NCBI GenBank assembly: GCA_000091205.1 | Contig: AP006489.2 | DNA length: 64,000 nucleotides | Direction: 5' to 3' (one strand) | DNA from: Cyanidioschyzon merolae | Lineage: Eukaryota | In this document: in pieces, positions 22,937 through 32,802 of the stretch | How the letters are laid out: each line of letters opens with the position of its first letter | Position numbering within the stretch: the stretch's first letter is position 1 | Program-made: the position numbers and the translations under genes | Notes under the pieces: model-generated | Seen by the model: the letters and a program-made list of their open reading frames with translations, nothing else | Database searches by the model: none | Told to the model about the DNA's origin: nothing

Positions 22937-24088
22937 ATGACCTGGCTACTAAGAAGACCAGGACTCTGCTGGGGAGTCCACGGTCACGGTCTGGAACTGC
23001 TACGCTCACGGTTGCTCGAAAGCACGAAAACGAGACCGCTTCTGGTCAGCGCTGCTGCTTGGCTGCAATCGAAAAGCAGACTGTGCACGACACCGGGTGC
23101 TGCTTCGGAGCCTACAGCGCAAACCACTGTTATCCCCAGGAACGAGTGGACTCCAGAAGAAGACAAACTATTGCAGACTCTTGTTGAGCGCCATGGACCC
23201 CGCTGGGCGCTCATTGCCAAAGAGCTGAACTGCTTGCTGAAAAAGGGGCTCGAGCGCTCGCCATCGAGTTGTGCCATGCGTTACAAACGAACTCTGAACC
23301 CCAGTATCCTGCGAAACCCTTGGACTCCCGAGGAAGATGCAACTATACTGAAGCTCTACCGGGAAATAGGCCCGCGATGGGCCGAGATAGCTCGACGCAT
23401 GGCTACGCTTGTGCAAGAAACCACAGATTCCACGGCCTCATCGAAGATTTACCAGCGAACGGACAAGCAGATACTCGACCGCTTTCGCGAAAAGCTTAAT
23501 CCCCAACGCAAGTCCACCAGATGGACCTATGCGGAAGATCAGCAGCTGAAAGCGCTGGTCAAAGAGCAGGGCCCAGGTCGCTGGACAGCGATCGCTGCAA
23601 AGTTACCTGGACGTACCGCGAAAGATTGTCAGCTGCACTGGCGACGATGTCTCGATCCGCGGATATCTCGAAGCTCTTGGACAATAGAGGAAGATGAGAA
23701 ACTGAAAATGCTCGTATCTCGCCACGGCAGGCGATGGGCACTTATATCGAAGCTCATGGGTAACCGCAGTGATATCCAGTGCATGCATCGATGGAGCAGC
23801 AAACTCGATCCGTCCATACGTCGCGGGCCTTGGACGCCGTTGGAGGACCAGGCACTCATTGAGGCGTATGCAGCTTGGCAGAAAAATACAATACGTGAGG
23901 CCTCCATTCGACAATTGCGGATCCGCGGACACAGAAACGTCTGGATCTGGGCAGCACGAGCGGTTCCGGAACTTCATGGGAGAAGTTCGAGTCAGTGTCG
24001 TCAGCGTTTCATGCAGCTAGCAGCATCGAGAAAATTGCCTCAAGAGCTTTTGAAGGATAACCGACACGAGAATCGAGCGACCTCATGA
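22937..24088 (+). CDS. Myb/SANT DNA-binding protein with about 5 tandem Myb repeats (SNAPC4/c-Myb-like); 5' end uncertain
   Basis: Repeated 'W(T)xEED..L..LV..hG..W..IA' units: 'EWTPEEDKLLQTLVERHGPRWALIAKEL', 'PWTPEEDATILKLYREIGPRWAEIARRM', 'RWTYAEDQQLKALVKEQGPGRWTAIAAKL', 'SWTIEEDEKLKMLVSRHGRRWALISKLM', 'PWTPLEDQALIEAYAAW'. The N-terminal 60 aa of the ORF look non-protein-like, so an upstream exon is likely. Confidence 0.7.
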   Translation: MTWLLRRPGLCWGVHGHGLELLRSRLLESTKTRPLLVSAAAWLQSKSRLCTTPGAASEPTAQTTVIPRNEWTPEEDKLLQTLVERHGPRWALIAKELNCLLKKGLERSPSSCAMRYKRTLNPSILRNPWTPEEDATILKLYREIGPRWAEIARRMATLVQETTDSTASSKIYQRTDKQILDRFREKLNPQRKSTRWTYAEDQQLKALVKEQGPGRWTAIAAKLPGRTAKDCQLHWRRCLDPRISRSSWTIEEDEKLKMLVSRHGRRWALISKLMGNRSDIQCMHRWSSKLDPSIRRGPWTPLEDQALIEAYAAWQKNTIREASIRQLRIRGHRNVWIWAARAVPELHGRSSSQCRQRFMQLAASRKLPQELLKDNRHENRATS

Positions 24089-24783
24089 ACACAGTGGAAG
24101 CGTGCTTCGTGGCGTCTCGCTGTTTTTCCCCGTGACCCTTGCAGCTGAGGCAGCGCGATTCGCTTAGGCCCGTAGAAGTTCAGGTACTGACGAGTGCACA
24201 GCGGAAGAGCTCGCTTGAGGCGCCCTGGCCGAGCGCTGGCAACATTGCAGAGACAGACGCAGATATCTCGTACAACCCAAAGCATATCCGACACTGAGCG
24301 TATGTGTGTTTCACATCTTGGGGCTTGGACTATGGATGCCCCTCCTCATTATAGCTTTCTGGAAATCGTGCAATGGAGAACCCGGTACGAGCAGAAGAGT
24401 CTTAGAACGCGCATCGAACTTGTTGCAAGAATGCAATGACAGTTTTGCCGGAGAGGTGTATGTTCCTGGTTGCTATGATATCAAATACGAGGCCATTTCT
24501 CTGCAAACTTTTTTCAAAGTTTGGTATCCTTGGGTCGCTTTCATGGTTCGATCACACGACTAGCCGCATCCGCTGTCAAGAACTCTGTACCAGGGGGTCC
24601 GTAGGGGCTGATTACGCGCAATAGTTGGGCGGGAACGCCTATGCTGTGCAATCCAGGAGACATGCTGCCCTAGTCGAAATGTACATAACTGGGGTATCCT
24701 CTAGGGAAGCTGTCGTATACGCGCATATCCTTGGTTGCTGTATGATGTCCGATGGCATATCCGTAAAAGTTTTGCGGATCGTA

Positions 24784-25518
24784 TCATATAGCGTGGAGAG
24801 CACGCCAAGTCCACTGGCTAAAATTGACCTCTCCGAGAAACGTTGCAGCGAGCATTACTGCACTCATGGACGGAATGGGCACGAGCAGCAACTGCGTTCG
24901 ACGCAGAAACGGTAGAATATCATAACCAAGCCAGCTTATATACCAAAAGTATGCGTTACTGAAAAGGTAGAGCGCGCAGCTTGCAAAGCGGCTACGGACC
25001 AGGAAACGTAGGAGCACACCCTGCATCACGTACAAAGGCAGGAATACTCCTCCAAATAACGCGTTGCAGTAGACGTCCAGTGCATACATCCATTCCACAC
25101 GCGGCGACTCGGGTTCCATCCAGGATTCTGAAGAATAGCCTGCAGTGGGATCGGCAAGGAAGCGGTTCGCAATCACGACGTAGAGACTACTGAACACCAG
25201 GGCGACGATACCAAACCAGAGAATAGTTTGCGAGGCAGCCAGGCGGAACCCAGCCTTAACTGACCAACCAGAGTAGACGAGCCCATACAAGAAACAAGTC
25301 ATGAAAAAAGACGAGAGGAAAAGCACAAGAAACGCTGGATCGTCGCGGCTCCACTGCTTCTTCGTTCGCCGGTGATAGCGCGTCGCGCGGTATAGTTTCG
25401 AGGGTGCCAATGACGCCAGGCAGGTCATCTGGTATACCGCATAGTCCCAGTCCATTTGCGACCAGTTGAGGGCTCTGGAGAGATATCTCCTTCCAGTTTG
25501 GCTCCATGGTCTACTCAT
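24784..25518 (-). CDS. UNC50: UNC-50 family protein (yeast Gmh1 homolog), Golgi membrane protein
   Basis: 'YLSRALNWSQMDWDYAVYQMTCLASLAPSKLYRATRYHRRTKKQWSRDDPAFLVLFLSSFF' compares with my recollection of human UNC50 'YLRRLFRFRQMDFEFAAWQMLYLFTSPQRVYRNFHYRKQTKDQWARDDPAFLVLLSIWL'. The multi-TM C-terminal half matches too. The track ORF extends to 25641; the ATG at 25518 gives the conserved length. Confidence 0.85.
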   Translation of the reverse strand: MSRPWSQTGRRYLSRALNWSQMDWDYAVYQMTCLASLAPSKLYRATRYHRRTKKQWSRDDPAFLVLFLSSFFMTCFLYGLVYSGWSVKAGFRLAASQTILWFGIVALVFSSLYVVIANRFLADPTAGYSSESWMEPESPRVEWMYALDVYCNALFGGVFLPLYVMQGVLLRFLVRSRFASCALYLFSNAYFWYISWLGYDILPFLRRTQLLLVPIPSMSAVMLAATFLGEVNFSQWTWRALHAI

Positions 25519-26200
25519 AGAGGCACCCTGTTTCCGAGACGATGCGAGAAACAGGTGTGGATCACTGCGCATGAAAGCGAGCTGGTTGGCGCCTAAATGG
25601 ACTCGCACTCCATACCGTTGCGACGCAGCGCAGCGCGTCATACCTTAAGCCCGTGCTTCTAAAAAGTATACGCTTGTGTGAAACGTATAGAGAGATGCGG
25701 TAGAGTTAATCACTGAAGAGCGCTTTGCACTTCATTTTTTGTTCTTGTAAGAGTTTTAGAAGGGCTGCGAACGGCTACGCGTTCTCAGTCGCAATTCGAA
25801 GCACTAGTGCGAGTTTAGCGAACGCTGTCCCGTCTATGCTCTTGTCATGCGCCTGCGGAGAAAAGTGGTCTACGTATCAACCGTAGAATTGGGGCTGAGC
25901 TCTGGAACCGGAGAATTATCTTGTACGAACGTTTGCGAGGTCCTTCTCTGGTGCTTGCCTGAGCGACAGCGCAGCTACTTCCCGAGCTAGCGTGTTCTCC
26001 AGGATACTGCGCTTTCAGCAGCCTTGCGTGTAACGTGAGGTTGCGAGGTTCGGGTCTGGTGCTTACCCGAGTGACAGCCCAGTTAGCTCTCGTTACAGCG
26101 CATTCTTCAGGGCTTTTTTGTATCCCGTGCGGGACAGTGGAACGCGAAAGGTCACTCACGCTCCGCAGCCTTACGCCTCCTGCTACAGAACAGAGGTTTG

Positions 26201-28021
26201 ATGCGACATTCCGCCCTGTGTGTCCAGAAGCTGCGCGTATCGCAACGCTCGCGAGCTTGTCTGTTCGCCAACGGTCACGGGAGGATGGTCCCTGCAACCC
26301 GAGTACCAACGAAAGTCGTAACAACAAACTCGTGGCCTGATTCCAACTGGAAGCAAGTGCAGTCTTTGTTTCGAGGATTATGGTCCGAGACGGTGCGACC
26401 GCAGCAGTGCGCTGATGATCTCTATCTTTCCGAGCGGCGACGACGACTCGAAGTCTTTGCACGGCGGTCTCGCAGCTGCCTCAAGGCGTGTTGTAACAGC
26501 ATGCGGCGCTTTGTTCGTGCCGCTGTGTCTTCGCCGCGCCAAATGATTGCGAGCTCGCGCTGGAAACATAAGCTGCATGAATTTGACGTCATTCTAAGGT
26601 ACTTGGGAAAGTTGCTTTCCCATGTAGACGCCCGTACTCGTCAGTTTTGGATCAAGTTATTTGTAGTGCAGATGGAAGAAGAAATTCTGGAGACGACTGC
26701 GAACATAGAAAGCATTGTATCACTTGCACCATGTCGAGCGGTGTGCTACGAATGGCTTCTACGCGTCGGTGCATGGCGCGAATTTCGCACTTCGCTGCTG
26801 CGCCATCAAGAAGGGCCAATCGACGCTATATGCTCATACAAGAAGGCGGTTTCGCTGGTTCCAGGCGACGGAAGAGCCTATTTCGCTATTGGATGCGCGT
26901 TGCGTTTGGTGAGGCACGCTTTGCCGAGTGCTCCAGGCGCTCACGCAGCTGCATCGTCTTCACTGACTACCGGAAAGCTGCCTGGCACCGAGGAACTGGT
27001 CTGGCTCGCTCGAGGATACTGGTATATACGCGCATGCCTCGCGAGCACTCGCCAGCATTCAGACGCTCGAAAGCGCTTAGTTGGCCTTGTTCGCAGATCT
27101 TCGACCCTGGCATCTATTTTGCTCCCACAGAGTAGATGCTCCGAGAATCGTAGCGGTATGGGCGAGCTCAATTCGTACAGAGATTCTGCTGACGCTTCCA
27201 CATGTCTAGGCAGTGCTACAGGAGCGGCTGCGCGTGGCGCATTGCTCGCGCGCCCGGCAGCGCACCTCCTAGATGCACACTGCAGTCTCTTGACGAACGC
27301 TTTTGATCAGATTTGCGCCTGGTTCGAGGAAACAGCAAACGAACTGACAGCTGATAACCACGATTGTCCGGCGGTGCACCTTATCACGGCGGTGGTGTTT
27401 AGCCACGCTGATGCCGGAGCTGTGGGACCAATATGGCGACTGCTCCGCACGTGTTGTTTGAGCCAGTTACAGGCCGGTGCAGGGATTCTTGCTGATTACG
27501 TCACAGCGCATCGAGATATTGTTGAGCAGGCCCCGCCGGGCGCTGTCGTTTTTCTGCAGGCTTGTAGGGATCGTTACCTTGCGCACGGTTCCGCGAACGA
27601 TGCCGTAGCACAAAATGGAGCGCTCACGCTCCTCAGCCCGGCAGTGGTTGCTGCGGTGGATGACTTTTGCGACACGCTCGAGCTCTGCAACGACCGGTTT
27701 TTGCCTGCACCTATCTCCCCAGATATTTCCACGAGTTCGAAAACAAGGTATTTGCGAGCTGCACTGCCCGAAGAGCGCGTATTCGGGGGCTTCACTCCAA
27801 TATCGCAGGTATACGCGAATATAGTTGACTTTTCACATGATCGCTCTTTTGCTGAGGATGCGACACGAGTGCTGGGTCACCTGCACCTGTCGACATCTGC
27901 CATGCATGCAGGCTATGCGTGCGCGATGCGCTTGAGGAAACTTGAACATTTGGTCACAAAGCTCCGACGTCAAGCACCCCGGCAGCCGCTGGCATCGACG
28001 GGTGCACTGCACACTGGGTGA
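26201..28021 (+). CDS. Hypothetical 606-aa protein; weak EST1/SMG7-like TPR signature only
   Basis: Long uninterrupted ORF with host-like codon usage and GC. 'AICSYKKAVSLVPGDGRAYFAIGCAL ... LARGYWYIRACL' is faintly reminiscent of the Est1/Smg 14-3-3-like repeat ('Y..A..L.P..G...LA.L ... YYYLRSL'). No firm domain call. Confidence 0.45.
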   Translation: MRHSALCVQKLRVSQRSRACLFANGHGRMVPATRVPTKVVTTNSWPDSNWKQVQSLFRGLWSETVRPQQCADDLYLSERRRRLEVFARRSRSCLKACCNSMRRFVRAAVSSPRQMIASSRWKHKLHEFDVILRYLGKLLSHVDARTRQFWIKLFVVQMEEEILETTANIESIVSLAPCRAVCYEWLLRVGAWREFRTSLLRHQEGPIDAICSYKKAVSLVPGDGRAYFAIGCALRLVRHALPSAPGAHAAASSSLTTGKLPGTEELVWLARGYWYIRACLASTRQHSDARKRLVGLVRRSSTLASILLPQSRCSENRSGMGELNSYRDSADASTCLGSATGAAARGALLARPAAHLLDAHCSLLTNAFDQICAWFEETANELTADNHDCPAVHLITAVVFSHADAGAVGPIWRLLRTCCLSQLQAGAGILADYVTAHRDIVEQAPPGAVVFLQACRDRYLAHGSANDAVAQNGALTLLSPAVVAAVDDFCDTLELCNDRFLPAPISPDISTSSKTRYLRAALPEERVFGGFTPISQVYANIVDFSHDRSFAEDATRVLGHLHLSTSAMHAGYACAMRLRKLEHLVTKLRRQAPRQPLASTGALHTG

Positions 28022-28231
28022 TTTGCGTCGTATGCAGGTTGCTTCGTCAATCGCCTCACGGGCGGATGGAGCGTCTCGTTTGCGTAAGGAATCATGGCGG
28101 CGTCTCCGATATCGAGTTCTGCTAGACAAAGGCGTTTGGATCTGGTGGGTGACTGGAATTCGGTGACGAAAGCGGTATGACATGAATTTGGGGCGCCAGT
28201 CGAGCACATGTGGGACTTTTCGATGACCGCT

Positions 28232-28244
28232 CCCCCCCCCCCCC
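28232..28244. repeat. Poly-C homopolymer (C13)
   Basis: Read directly, just 3' of the 26201-28021 gene and at the start of an AT-richer segment. Confidence 0.9.
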
Positions 28245-30494
28245 AGAGCAGTATGATCTAGTTTTGCGCTCGTGGGTATACCCTGGACATCGTGTAAGCG
28301 TTGCTCATCAGAAGAAGCGCGGGATATGCTGTTGGATTGTGCGGGATACCTGATTGTCGACATCGAGCGCGCTCTAGAAAGGTACGCTATGACCGGTCGT
28401 GTAACGCTCCTTCTCGCAATTGGCCAGGGGAGCTCCGGCGTATATCGCGTCGCTCATCCCAAATATATGTGACTGTTCACGATGATAGCCCATCATGGGG
28501 AACTTTTTATCCACCGCTCGGCCGTTCACTTGGAATCGAGCGTAAGATGCTGCTGTGCGTGATCTATTTGTGAGAAAGTTCCCGTGCATGTCCTAGTAAC
28601 TCTACAGCTGCTGGTGGTGCTTCAGGAACATGTTGGGTTAGGATTTGGCCGAACGAACGTTCGGAGAGGACGAAAATCGATAGCTTTATGGAAGAACTTT
28701 AAAGGATGAGAAGCGCATTTGAAACGATCGCGCGTTTCCGCCTTCTTGGTACAGCGATATGCTCACCTTGAGAAGAGATATCCACGGGTAGCTACGGCCA
28801 CATGCAAACAAGGGCGGCAACTCGACCAGTTTGCGCACGAGATCCTGGGCGCATGCCTTCACCGCATAAACTCATGCTTCACTTTCTAACACGCTCCTCT
28901 GACTTTTTTCCATGGTCTAAATCCACGATCCTAACCAGATTTCCTCTGGAGGCGCTCACGCCACAACGGAAAACGAAAGAGACCTCAGTGATTCCATTCT
29001 ATGGCTGTTCCATGAAATGACGCACTTGCCCACGATCGGAGACTCTGTCGAGGGAAACGCGAATTATACAAGGAGGGCACTCAAGGCCACGGTTTTCCAC
29101 GGCTGGCGTACACAATCCGGGACCCAAAAAGTGGAATGGCTGAGGTGGCTATGGGCAGTAGCCGCAAGCTCCCGAGCACCTGTAGATTCTTTTAGTCCTT
29201 CGACTCAACTTTGTTTCACCATTGATATATTGTATAGCAGGAGATCGAAATCTTTACGCAATATACCGTTTAGACAGCAGACGGATCGCATTTAGGATAT
29301 ATATGTTCCTTTACGAACAATGCAAGGAGGACTGCATTCCTTTTTCAGCTCAGTCATACCACAGTACTCCGATGGCCCAGGGACTCCGAAAGAAAGAATT
29401 ATGTGCGCTGCGCTCTAAAAAACTGCTACTGTCCGAGCGTGCTCGTAGACAATGGTAAAAAAATTGCCCGATAATCACCCCACGAAAAGCAAAAGTGGCG
29501 GTAGATGCACTAATAAGCGTCTTTGTTTCTCAACTGCCAGTTCATGTGATCCTGAAACACTGGGATACAGTCGCAATAAAAAGTCGAAGATCGCGCTCGG
29601 CAATTTTGCATAGACATCGCAACCACAGCTTTCCTGGTATTCAGCGATCGGTTTGAAGTAGAGGGACGTCGGTTTGGTTTTCAGTCGATTGAACTTGCTT
29701 CGAACGAAACAATCAGAGCGCCCTTGGGTATTCGAGGAGACAGGCACCCATTGTATGTACGATCGAACTCGAAGAGAAGAACAACATCATCCGTTCGAGC
29801 TGCAGTGGATTCATTCGGCAGCCTCAGTTTCGCTCATAGAGACGGCTCATAAAACAACGCCCAGTACTCGCTCGAATCATTGAAGACTTTTCCCTGACGT
29901 TTGGCGATGTGCTTCTATTGGACATCATGGCGCCCCATCATTCCCCTTGCGTTCGAGCTTTTTGCAGATTGTATTGAGGTAGGGCTGCTTTTCATTCTTC
30001 CATACGCTCCATGGTTTATCCCCATCGAAGGAGCGTTTTCTGTGGCAAAAAGTAATGATTGCTTCGCTGGGTGATTCCTTGAACCTTTGATCACGATGAC
30101 ACCGGAACACATCTCGTTTTTCTTCCACAAAAGCTTCACCCTTGGAAACGTCTTCATATAAGGGCTTGAAGGGAAGTTTTCATTTTCAAAAAGTAAAAAA
30201 TCCAAGGGAGAGCTGTGTACATGGAACTGGAGGATCCTGGAGGACCGGTGTCGCCGGTTGCACGAAAAACCCGCAAAGCAGAGCCAAGCAAACAGGAACA
30301 GGCGAAGACAAAGAAGGAAAGGCCGGAGGCCCAACGCCAGATGCTGCAAGAAAGCCGACTGTACGACGAGATGGTGGTGAAAGCCTGTCTTCCTAAGCAT
30401 ATCAAGGATCCCTAGAGGGAAAAGTTGCGAGAGGGTATCAGCAAAACGTGTCGACTCGTACTCCAAGAGTACCGTCAAGGCGTCGTCAGGACTG

Positions 30495-32501
30495 ATGCAT
30501 TTGGCGAGGGAGATGTACGAAGACGTGGCGCACATGGAAAAGGTCGAGGTTCCGGAAGAGGTTTTCGACAAGACGTTTATTCGTCACCTGATGCTTGGTA
30601 CAGAGGAAACGCGGAGGGAAACTGAGCTACTGCATGCCCTCCACGAAAACTTCGTGGAATTCCGCTTCGAGGGTACCCGATGCAGGGGTGACCGGGATAT
30701 TTACACATATGGGGCGATGAAGTACATCACGAACCTGAAGAACCATTTGACAGTGAACCTCGAACGTTACATGATACGCGCCTTGTTTGCACTCTACCCG
30801 GGCATCTGTCCCAAAGGAATATCAGCGATTATCAATGGCATCACGCACGATCGCAAGCTTGAAGATGACATCGAATTTGTCGACAAGAAGGCGTCAAACC
30901 AGAGCACGAATAAGGTGTCCGTCATCCGTGCGGATTTACAAGAGCACCGTGCAGTCATGGAGCTGCCGAATCCAACAGACAAGATATCAGAGTTGAGAAA
31001 AGATAAGGGAAGATACTATCGCCTCGTCCTGCTGTATTTCGTGGTTTTGGACCGAGAACTCGAACGCAAGGCACAGGTGAAGCTGAGTGGGGGAAAATGA
31101 AGAGTGGGAGAGACGGAAGGCTTTCCATATGGGGAAGCGCTTCTACGTCGTTCTAATGTGCACCATCAAGTCACATTTTGTGACTATCGACTCCGCAGTC
31201 ATTCATGGCATCATGAAGGAGATCAGTCCGGAGTTCGATGTTAGCAGGGAGGAATTCTCCGGTGAAAACCGGGAGACGTTCTGGAAGAACATCTTCGATT
31301 TCAAACGTCTGAGGGTGAGCAAACAAAAGGTACTCACTGGGATGATCGAAACCGATGGAGTAGTCATGTGTGTACACTATCGGCGGTTGAAGAAAGATCG
31401 TCCAATCCCCGCCTCGGCGAACCATGAAGATGAGAAGGAGGCGGATCCTGCGAAGCAGGAAGCGGAGGATAACGACTTTGTTGTTGACGTGACGAAGCAT
31501 GAAGATGAGATGGAAGCGGGTCGTGCGACGCAGGAGGTGGAGGATAACGACTCTGTCGTTGGCGCAACGAAGCATGAAGAAAACAAAGAGGAGGATCCTA
31601 CGACACAGAAAGTGCAGGATAACGACTTTGTCGTTGGCACGGCGAAGGATGAAGATGAGAAGGAGGCGGGTCCTGCGACGCAGAGAGTGCATGCGAACGA
31701 CTTTGTCGTTGGCGCGGACCCCGGAAACACGAATATCATCACCATCCCTGCTCCCAAGCGTGCGGAATATGGTACTGATGGCAACTTATGTCAGAAAGAC
31801 ATGCGACTTTCGAGGTTCTCGAGAGCGAGATACTCTCGAGAATCCAGTATAATGAAAGCAAGGAAGAAAATCGAGACGTGGAATGCTAGACTGAAGGAGT
31901 ACCTGGAAGTTTTGAGCGAGGTGACGAGCCGAGGAGCGGACTTTAAAGCTTTTCGGAAATTTATGAAAGTTCGCGTTGCTCATTGAGATGCACTGTGTGA
32001 GGAGTATACAAAGCCGGGTGGGCTCTTCTGCGAATGAACTTGTATTGCCGGAAGCAGCGCGCATTCGCGAACTTTTTCAATGAGTTGAGCGCCCTGAAAG
32101 AGGATGAAAGTCAGAGGCTTGTAATAGCGTACGGAGCAGGGCGCTGGATGACCCAAAAAGGTACTACACCAGCTCCAACGACAAGAACGTACAAAGAGTG
32201 TGCACGGCGTTTTGTCACAGTACCTGTAGATGAGTTCCGAATATCGTATACACACCATGAACTGGGACGTACACTTCAAAGGGTCGAGATGGAAAAGTGC
32301 CAGGGGAGTCCTGAAGACATAGCAAAGTACGGACCGCTGCCGGAGGTGCAAATGGAGAGGAGGACAAAAGTGCGAGGGCTACTCGCATTCGTAAGTACAA
32401 CCAACGACGGCAAGAAACGTATGGAGTTTGTGAACCGAGACTTTAACGCCGGCATCAATATCAGGAGATGCGCGGTGATGGAGAAAAGGCCTCCACAGTA
32501 G
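30495..32501 (+). CDS. Fanzor/TnpB-like RuvC endonuclease, about 650 aa, split across three frames (introns or frameshifts); possibly a pseudogene
   Basis: ORF A is 30495-31100, ORF B is 31087-31986 and ORF C is 32034-32501. RuvC-I is '[17 protein letters not shown]' (about 31705-31740). A TnpB-type pre-zinc-finger segment reads '[22 protein letters not shown]' (compare TnpB 'LeYKa..G..vv.Vdp.yTSq.C'). RuvC-III is '[13 protein letters not shown]' (about 32436-32470; compare 'D.NAA.NI'). The A/B junction falls at a G5A4 homopolymer and needs a 1-nt frame change. The B/C junction needs a length change congruent to 2 mod 3. Confidence 0.65.
31420..31727 (+). repeat. Four in-frame tandem copies of a 75-nt (25-aa) unit ending in the RuvC-I motif
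   Basis: '[25 protein letters not shown] / [25 protein letters not shown] / [25 protein letters not shown] / [28 protein letters not shown]'. The nucleotide units are about 80% identical. Confidence 0.85.
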
Positions 32502-32760
32502 ACAAGAGAGAATTTTAAAGGACAACTGCTCAAAGTGGAACTATATGAGAAACAATTGGAACCAGTCGTAAGTGGCCGATCCAAGAAGACGGGGAGGCGT
32601 CTGCACGTCAGTTCGAGACTGCTTGTCTAGGGCGGGTTTATCGCCACCACTGTGCACCGCTGGCGGCGGTCGACTTTTGGAAGGTATTCGCTAGAGGTGC
32701 TGTTTATAGGGATCAAGTCTCTGAAGCGAGATGCTTTCACGACCTCTGCCGCTCCAGACG
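32400..32760 (+). ncRNA. Predicted position of the Fanzor omega-RNA (overlapping the 3' end of the nuclease ORF and extending downstream); not directly recognisable
   Basis: By analogy with TnpB/Fanzor loci, where the guide RNA scaffold overlaps the 3' end of the nuclease ORF. Local inverted repeats are present, for example 'tagacaag' at 32502 paired with 'cttgtcta' at about 32625. No conserved motif was verified. Confidence 0.2.
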
Positions 32761-32802
32761 AGAGAAAAACAACGATAACTTCGGGGCCGGAGAAGTGTTG
32801 AC

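Larger units (their letters stand above)
30200..32760 (+). mobile_element. Fanzor/TnpB-like (OMEGA-type RuvC nuclease) element. The nuclease gene spans 30495-32501; the boundaries are approximate and no transposase partner is visible.
   Basis: The segment is AT-richer than the host. Three collinear + strand ORFs carry TnpB hallmarks (see the CDS entry). A K/R-rich, NLS-like upstream ORF lies at 30215-30415. Confidence 0.6.

Noticed and set aside
29915-30571. 218-aa minus-strand ORF upstream of, or overlapping, the Fanzor 5' region
   Set aside because: Low-complexity, Leu/Phe/Ser-rich, antisense to the NLS-like and N-terminal Fanzor coding frames. Judged spurious.
30495-32501. Interpreting the three Fanzor ORFs as independent short genes
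   Set aside because: They are collinear on one strand. They carry successive, ordered parts of one TnpB-like domain architecture (N-terminal region, RuvC-I, pre-ZnF block, RuvC-III). They are separated by a 14-nt overlap and a 48-nt gap.
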